Shown: one piece after another, positions 57,676-64,000 of the stretch
How positions within the stretch are numbered: the first letter of the stretch is position 1
Layout of the letters: every line of letters starts with the position of its first letter
Origin: an uncultured delta proteobacterium
GTDB taxonomy: Bacteria; Myxococcota; Myxococcia; Myxococcales; Anaeromyxobacteraceae
NCBI GenBank assembly: GCA_963845515.1
Contig: CAWJSR010000017.1
Coordinates: 21,678 to 85,677, forward strand
Reading direction: 5' to 3'
DNA length: 64,000 nucleotides
Program-made: the position numbers and the translations under genes
The notes under the pieces: generated by a model
Databases searched by the model: none
Seen by the model: only the letters and a program-made list of their open reading frames with translations
Told to the model about the DNA's origin: nothing

Positions 57676-57999
57676 TTCATCCCCCGAATGTGGCAGCGTT
57701 GCCTGGAGCGAGCGCCCAAGCGACTGCAGCGAGTGCGGCCGGAACCGACCGTACGTCTATGACGGACGCATACGTCTGTGCTGGACGTCATCCAGATGCT
57801 GGTGGCGTCTCATCGCCCCTGGGCGCGGCCGGCGACACGGCCATTGAGGGTCAATCTGCCCCGGAGACCATCCAGCCCTCGCCAACATGCCGGATTCAGA
57901 CCGGAGAGGTGCTTGACGGGCGGCACGGGGCTACCGTTGGCAGTTTGCGCCCGCCTTTCCGCCAACAGGCCCACGCATTCATGGCGCTGCTGTTGAGTC

Positions 58000-58353
58000 C
58001 TAGGGACAGGGCACTCCAGTATCGTACTCGCACTCGCACGGTGGACCGCCGATTATGGTGCACACCCAGCACTGGTGCACGGTCTTCGTACCACCGACGT
58101 CCGCCGAGTCACAGCATACGTACGGAACTCCCTGCACCGAGCGGGTCGGCGGGCAGCCGGGCGTGGGCGGACAGTCGAGGCACGGTGTTCCGCTGCAGCA
58201 CTGCCCCGCGTAGGCTCGTCGGGGAGCCAGGTGGATCCCCGCTGCGGCCGCGCCCACCGCCAACGAGACCTTCCCACAGGTGGCCAGAAACCCCCGCCGG
58301 GACAGGCGCCGCTGCACGAACCCAACCATCTTCTCCGTCAACACATCAGCCAT
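58000..58353 (-). CDS. Tat-exported 12-Cys miniprotein (MauA-like scaffold), copy A
   Basis: GGAAGG RBS; SRRGFL Tat motif; AYA cleavage site; 68-aa mature part with 12 Cys. Confidence 0.85.
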   Translation of the reverse strand: MADVLTEKMVGFVQRRLSRRGFLATCGKVSLAVGAAAAGIHLAPRRAYAGQCCSGTPCLDCPPTPGCPPTRSVQGVPYVCCDSADVGGTKTVHQCWVCTIIGGPPCECEYDTGVPCP

Positions 58354-58441
58354 GATGGACCTTCCTTCCCGTACGTGCGTAAGGCACATGGCCAGGATCG
58401 GCCCTCAATCTGCTACACGGCTCGTCGCGTGCAGCGAGCCG

Positions 58442-59053
58442 CTACGACGCCTTTGCGTGTTTCGCTGCCGGATCAACCGCCACCCACGGCCTGTTGCCCT
58501 GTGGCACAGCGAATCGGTCCAGCATGTCCTCCAGGTCCGTCAGGTCGCGCGGCACCACCCGCATGGCCACCTTGCCGTCTCGGTCGATCACGTACACCAA
58601 CGGCATCCGCTTGACCTCGTACGCAACCTGCGCCGCGCCCGCAGTGTCGGCGATCACCCTGACCCGCTTACCCAGGGCGGCCGCGTAGTCGAAGCCCTCG
58701 CCGGGCGCAACCACCACGATCACCACGACGTCCTTGCGCATGTTGGCCAGGTGGTTCAGGTGTTCGGACAGGTTCACGCACGGATTGCACGTCGGAGACA
58801 GGAAGGCCAGCACGACGTCGCGACCTCGGTGGTCCGAAAGCTGAACGGCCTGGCCAGTGCGCGTCTCGCTCGCCAAGATCGGTGGCGCCTCGACCTCCAG
58901 CGGCAGTCCGTCCGTCGGCACCAGCGGTCCGGGGTCCGGTCCCAGTCGGCGCTTCATCTCCGCCAGCAGCGTCAACACGCCCAACAGCATCGCCCCGATG
59001 CCTGCGAGCGCCAGCCACTGCACGATCTCGAACGCCAGCTCGATATCGCTCAT
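58442..59053 (-). CDS. mauD: MauD-like membrane-anchored thioredoxin (TlpA-like)
   Basis: N-terminal TM, GP...GLP...AP, FLSPTCNPC, YEVKRMP..YVIDRDG; ATGA overlap with mauE. Confidence 0.8.
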   Translation of the reverse strand: MSDIELAFEIVQWLALAGIGAMLLGVLTLLAEMKRRLGPDPGPLVPTDGLPLEVEAPPILASETRTGQAVQLSDHRGRDVVLAFLSPTCNPCVNLSEHLNHLANMRKDVVVIVVVAPGEGFDYAAALGKRVRVIADTAGAAQVAYEVKRMPLVYVIDRDGKVAMRVVPRDLTDLEDMLDRFAVPQGNRPWVAVDPAAKHAKAS

Positions 59054-59700
59054 CGTGGACCCGGCCCCCGACCGCCAGCACCGTTCATCGCCAGGGCCCG
59101 CAGACGCGTGACGGGCGATTGGCTCCGTGTTCGCCGGCGCCCGTGCCGAGCGCTTGTCAGGTCCCGCCACAGCATTGCCGCCGGCCCGAGCATTCGCAAT
59201 GTCCCGGCCGCGTACGCCGCGATCCCCGCCAGCCGCAGCGTGTCGCCCGCCGAAGCCGTGCTCGGCACCAGCACGCCGCCAGCGGGAGCTTCCCGGAACA
59301 CCAACGCCGCCGCCGCGCCCAGCACCAGCAGGCGTACCAACGTCACCCGCCCGATCCGCTCGTCGGGCGATGTCCCGTAGCAGTGACAGGCGATCGGTCG
59401 CTCGCGCCGCAGGTTGACGGCCACCGCCGTGGCGAATACCGCCGCCATCAGCATTGTCCCGACCGCTGCCCACCGTAGCGCGAGGCCGCTCAGCAACAGC
59501 ACGGCCAGCACCAGCTCCGCCGCCGGCAGCAGGGGCGCCAGACGGCGCATGACACGCGGGGGCCCGATCTCGTAGCGCAGCACACCGACCACGACCCCAT
59601 CGATGTCGCGCACCTTGGCCACGCCCGAAGCCAGGAACGTCAGCCCGAGCATCATCCGCGCGATCCACGCCACGTCCGCCAACGGCAAGCGAGGAATCAA
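59050..59700 (-). CDS. mauE: MauE/DoxX-family redox membrane protein
   Basis: FLASGVAK, LP.AEL.LA.LLL, NLRR....ACHCYG (variant of CGCFG), TLVR; probable TTG start at 59700 with GGGAGAGG RBS. Confidence 0.85.
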   Translation of the reverse strand: MIPRLPLADVAWIARMMLGLTFLASGVAKVRDIDGVVVGVLRYEIGPPRVMRRLAPLLPAAELVLAVLLLSGLALRWAAVGTMLMAAVFATAVAVNLRRERPIACHCYGTSPDERIGRVTLVRLLVLGAAAALVFREAPAGGVLVPSTASAGDTLRLAGIAAYAAGTLRMLGPAAMLWRDLTSARHGRRRTRSQSPVTRLRALAMNGAGGRGPGPR

Positions 59701-60137
59701 GGCCTCTCCCGCCCTACGGCCCCGCACATCTCGACTGCGGCGCCAGGATCCGGTGCGCGAACGCCCGCGACACAGCGTTCGTCATTCCGAGCGGCATTCG
59801 CCGTGCGGCGTGCCGGCAGGATCGCCCGCGCCACACGCACGCCGCACCGCGCCAGCATCCTCGCAAGGATGCCGCACCGCCGACATAGCGACGGCGATCG
59901 TCCTACCCGGCACCGACTTGCCGATCGGCGACGCACATACCGGACGCAACCGAACCTGCACGCAGTTTACCTGCATTCCTCGTCCGTGTCAATCGGTTTC
60001 CACGGAGCCGCCCTCGGTAACATCCTCATCTGAGCTGACACGTCCGGTCCTGACTGATCATTCCGCCCTGTCACCGCGCTGCACTCCTCATGAATGCAGT
60101 CAAACCACCCCCGTAATCACAGTCACCCGACGCCCCG

Positions 60138-62000
60138 TCACCGCCCCGCCCAGAACTCCCGCCCCGGGCACGGTAGCTCCACCGCGATCGCGGTGTAGAT
60201 CGCCGCCAGGTTCGCCGCGTCAGGTGCATGGTAGAAATACCCCGGCTTCGACGCGATCGCGTCCAACGCCGCCACGTCGAGGTCCTCGCCCAGACCGATC
60301 GTGAAGAGCGTGATCCCCGCCGCCTTGGCCTCTGCAGCGCGCCCCACCGCCACCTCCGGACCGATCGGGTTGGCCCTCCCGTCGGTCAGCAGCACCAGCG
60401 CCGTCGCGTTGTCGGAGCGGTGCTCCGCACCCGTAAGCACGGCCTGCCCTGCCGCCACCGCCAGGTCCAGCCGCGTCGTCGACGCCGTGTCAATCCGCCC
60501 GAGCGCCTCGCCCAGCAGGCGGCGGTCCGAGGTCAGGCCCTGCAGCACGTGCGCGTCCGCATTGAAGGCGATGATTGCCGCCTGGTCGCCCGCGACGAAC
60601 CGCAACTCGTCCAGGAACGCGCCCGCGGCGGAGACGGCGGCGGCCAGCTTGGTGCCGCCCGCGCGTGTCGGATCCAGCATGCTCGTCGAGGCGTCGATCA
60701 CGAGCGCCACGTCCACCCGTCGCTTCTCCGGCACGCACCGCTCGCCAGCAGAAGCGGCAGGTACAGCGGCCGGGGCGGCGCGGTCGGCGTGGGCGAGGCC
60801 GTCGGCACATCGGTCGGCGTGGCCGACGCCGTGGCGGACGCCGCCAGTCGTTGGCGTGCGTCGGTGTCGGTGGCGGAGTGGCCGTGTCCGTCGGCGGCGG
60901 CCGTCGGGGTGATGCACGGCCCGGTGACCGTCAGCACGCCCGTCGGCAGCGGGAGCACCCGCGACAGGCCCAGGGTGTCGGTCAGGCACGGCCTGCCCGG
61001 CGGCGAGAACTCGTGCCGGCCGAGCGCGAGCGGCTGGACCTCGTACGTCAGCGTGAACGGTCGTGTGATGGGCGCACTCACGTCCAGCGCAGGCGGCGGT
61101 TGGCGCGGTCGATCTGGGACGGCGGCGGCGCGACGCTACCGGGGACGGACGTCCACGCCGGGCGGCCAATCGTCTCCACGCGCAGCGTCTGGCAACTTGG
61201 GCAGCAGGTGCCTTCGGCGACGAGTCTCTCCATCGCTGCGGTGAAGCCTCCCGGGGGATGCACCCTCGAAGTAGTAGCCCGGACTCGCCTCTCGCCACCA
61301 GTCCCCGCACTTCATGACCTTGCACGAGCTGTCCTGGGACATGCTACGACGAACGGGTAGGCCGCGGCCTTCGCCCTGCGCGCGCCCTGCACCCAGTCCA
61401 GAGTTCATGGGTGCTGAGCCCAAAGTAATAAAAGCACCCGATGGACACCACAATTCGCCGTTCGTCTGCGTGGTGCACCCATCAAGAACCCGCACGGCCT
61501 TGGCGAATGCGCACGAGATGCACACGTCCGCGGGTAGCGGCGTGCGATTCTCATATCGGATGTGGCTGGTGTGGCGCACCCGGTCCTCGTCGTCGGTTAG
61601 ATCGAGCAATACGGAGCCCGCGCCATGCGATCAGCACACGATGCCAACTCTACACGTCGGATGCTTCGACATGCCAAGAGCGTCGATCGCCGAATCGGTC
61701 CACGGCGCCATAGTGGAGCCATCGACTCCACGGGCTCGGCGTAGCCGACGAGCGCAAGAACGACGTTCATCGCCTCGCCCGGGACACTCGGGACGACCAG
61801 AAGATCGACCCTGGCGGACTCGCAACTCCGGATCTCCGTCGGCACTAGCAATCGGCTGACCGCGCAATCACACGAGCTGCGACTGCCCGGTATCCCCAGT
61901 GGACCCCTGATCGGCTGGAAGCGCTGGCGCCCAAGCAGCAGTCGGCCATGCCGCCCCGGCCAGCGCCACCAGTAGAACTCGTTGCGTATGAGCGTGTCAT
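60138..62000 (-). CDS. Secreted double-VWA protein, copy 3 (many frameshifts)
   Basis: GGAGG RBS with ATG at 62000; EIRSCE, MNVVLAL, VGIV, CISCAFAKA, DWWREASPGYYF, LYLPL, DASTSM, LLTDG in successive frames. Confidence 0.8.
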
Positions 62001-62124
62001 GCTGCCTCCGTACCTGTCTTCGTCGGAGCGCACTCCTTGCGCACCCAGCAATCCCTAGCAGCTCTCGGACCGGCGTTCGACTGCCTCAATGCGCCGGATG
62101 GGACTGCGACTGAGGCACGGCTGC

Positions 62125-62154
62125 ACGTGTCACGTCTGGCGACCCGTGACACGT
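62125..62154. promoter_or_regulatory. Perfect 10-bp inverted repeat ACGTGTCACG-N10-CGTGACACGT
   Basis: Between peptide copy B and VWA copy 3; operator or RNA hairpin. Confidence 0.4.
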
Positions 62155-62416
62155 AGAGCGTTGCGTCAGAGCGGCACGCTCAGAATGGCTGACCGACGTC
62201 CCACCTGCACGGACTCTGGACACGGCGGCGTATCAGAGCAATTCGGCAGCCAGGCATCACTCGCGCACCGTGCAGCTGCGAGCGCCCCGATGGCCATGTA
62301 CACGACAGTGCACCGCCGCAGCCAGTCAGCGCACTGCGCATACACGAAACCGCAGGTCGGAGATGCGCACCCAGTCAGCGACGGACAGGCCCTGGCGCGC
62401 GTCGGCACGGATGTCC

Positions 62417-62777
62417 TCACGGGCACGGCGTCCCGGTATCGTATTCGCACTCGCAGGGCGAAGAGCGCCGCCCGTGCACACCCAGCACTGATGCACGGTG
62501 TTGGTGGCGCCCGACGTACCCCGTGTCGCAGCACACGTACGGTACGCCCTGAACCGAGCTGCCCGGCGGACAGCCAGGCGTCGGCGGGCAGTTCTCGCGC
62601 CGTGCACGGCGTGCCGGAGCAACACAGCCCCGCGTACGTCCGCCGGGTCGTCAGGTGCACCCCCGCCACTGCCGCCCCGATCGCCAGCCCCACCTTCCCG
62701 CACGCGGCCAGGAACCCGCGGCGCGACAGCCGCCGTTCCAGGTGCTCCACCGCTCCTTCCACGATCTTGCCGGTCAT
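62417..62777 (-). CDS. Tat-exported 12-Cys miniprotein, copy B (frameshifted)
   Basis: AGGAGGTG RBS; SRRGFL; reconstructs to LCCSGTPC..NCPPTPGCPPGSSVQGVPYVCCD...VHQCWVC...CECEYDTGTPCP*. Confidence 0.85.
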
Positions 62778-62977
62778 CGTTCACCTCCTGGTTGGCTCGT
62801 GCGCCCGGCACTCCCGCCCGGACGCTGTCCCGAAGCTCCGCTCGGTCCCGAGCGGCACCTTCGGCAGCTCCCTCCGTGTCCTGCGCCGCTCCGGCTCGGC
62901 CGTCGCCACCCACGGCCGGTTGTCCGGAGCCACGCCCAGTCACCCCGCCCTCGCGACCACAGGCACACGCCGCCCCG

Positions 62978-64000
62978 TCACCGCCCCGCCCAGTACTCCT
63001 GCCCCGGGCACGGCAGCTCCACCGCGATCGCGCGGTAGATCGCCGCCAGGTCCGCCGCGTCAGGTGCATGGTAGAAGTACCGCCGGCTTCGACGCGATCG
63101 CGCCCAACGCCGCCACGTCGAGGTCCTCGCCCAGCCCGATCGTGAAGACCGTGATCCCCGCCGCCTTGGCCTCCGCAGCCCGCGCCACCGCCACCTCCGG
63201 ACCGATCGGGTTGGCCCTCCCGTCGGTCAGCAGCACCAGCGCCGTCGCGTTGTCGGAGCGGTGCTCCTGGCCCGTCAGCACGGCCTGCCCTGCCGCCACC
63301 GCCAGGTCCAGCCGCGTCGTCGACGCCGTCGCGATCCGCCCGAGCGCCTCGTCGAGCGGGCGGCGGTCCGAGGTCAGGCCCTGCAGCACGTGCGCGTCCG
63401 CATTGAAGGCGATGATTGCCGCCTGGTCGCCCGCGTCGAACCGCAACTCGTCCAGGAACGCGCCCGCGGCGGAGACGGCGGCGGCCAGCTTGGTGCCGCC
63501 CGTGCGTGTCGGATCCAGCATGCTCGTCGAGGCGTCGATGACCAGCGCCACGTCCACCCGTCGCTTCTCCGGCACGCACCGCTCGCCAAGCAGAAGCGGC
63601 AGGTACAGCGGCCGGGGCGGCGCGGTCGGCGTGGGCGAGGCCGTCGGCACATCGGTCGGCGTGGCCGACGCCGTAGCCGACGCCGCCATCGTCGCGGTGG
63701 CTGTCGGTGTCGGTGGCGGAGTGGCCGTGTCCGTCGGCGGCGCCGTCGGGGTGATGCACGGCCCGGTGACCGTCAACACGCCCGTCGGCAGCGGGAGCAC
63801 CCGCGACAGGCCCAGGGTGTCGGTCAGCACGGCCTGCCCGCCCGAGAACTCGTGCCGGCCGAGCGCGAGCGGCTGGACCTCGTACGTCAGCGTGAACGGT
63901 TGTGTGATCGGTGCGGTGACGTCCCAGCGCAGGCGGCGATTGCCGGGATCGATGACCGGCAGGCGCGGGCGCGGCGCTGTCAGGGACGTACTCCAGGCCC
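62978..64000 (-). CDS. Secreted double-VWA protein, copy 4 (3' part; starts beyond the window)
   Basis: RLRWD...FTLTYEVQP, PT linker, LYLPLLL, DASTSM, LLTDG; highly similar to copy 3. Confidence 0.88.

Noticed and set aside
58000..59700. Canonical methylamine dehydrogenase (mau) operon
   Set aside because: No mauB, mauG or amicyanin gene is in view, and the small protein is too short and has only one Trp.

Overview
High-GC window that appears to be a mosaic of three unrelated genomic pieces, joined mid-gene at about 18,120 and about 36,070. It carries many single-base indels, which look like long-read errors and split most genes in the ORF track. Taxonomic labels below are inferences from gene content. 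Piece A (1-18.1 kb, actinobacterial-like): secreted glycosidase-like beta-propeller, OpgC-like acyltransferase, cysteine synthase, TetR with a divergent Tat-exported MBL hydrolase, pyk, AlkB, a complete IS481 with a 6-bp TSD, M20 amidohydrolase, quinone oxidoreductase, DUF1611-pepE and two UPF0104 membrane proteins. Piece B (18.1-36.1 kb, Anaeromyxobacter/Myxococcota-like): argC and an argJ-argB fusion with tandem ARG boxes, tRNA-Leu(CAG), dsbD, iscSUA-hscBA-fdx, and a che cluster (RR-GAF-cheD-cheA-cheR-cheB) with no MCP or CheW. Piece C (36.1-64 kb, Chloroflexota-like): clpB, a ba3-type oxidase operon, dnaJ/cbpA, a two-component pair, a cluster of mostly broken toxin-antitoxin modules, an LVIVD propeller and hsp20. 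The most interesting region is 53.9-64 kb. There, four tandem double-VWA secreted proteins (variable N-termini, near-identical C-termini) are interleaved with mauE-mauD and two paralogous Tat-exported miniproteins of about 68 aa with 12 Cys. These resemble the methylamine dehydrogenase small subunit scaffold but lack its TTQ tryptophan pair, and no mauB or mauG is visible. This is a candidate system for secreting disulfide-rich peptides.
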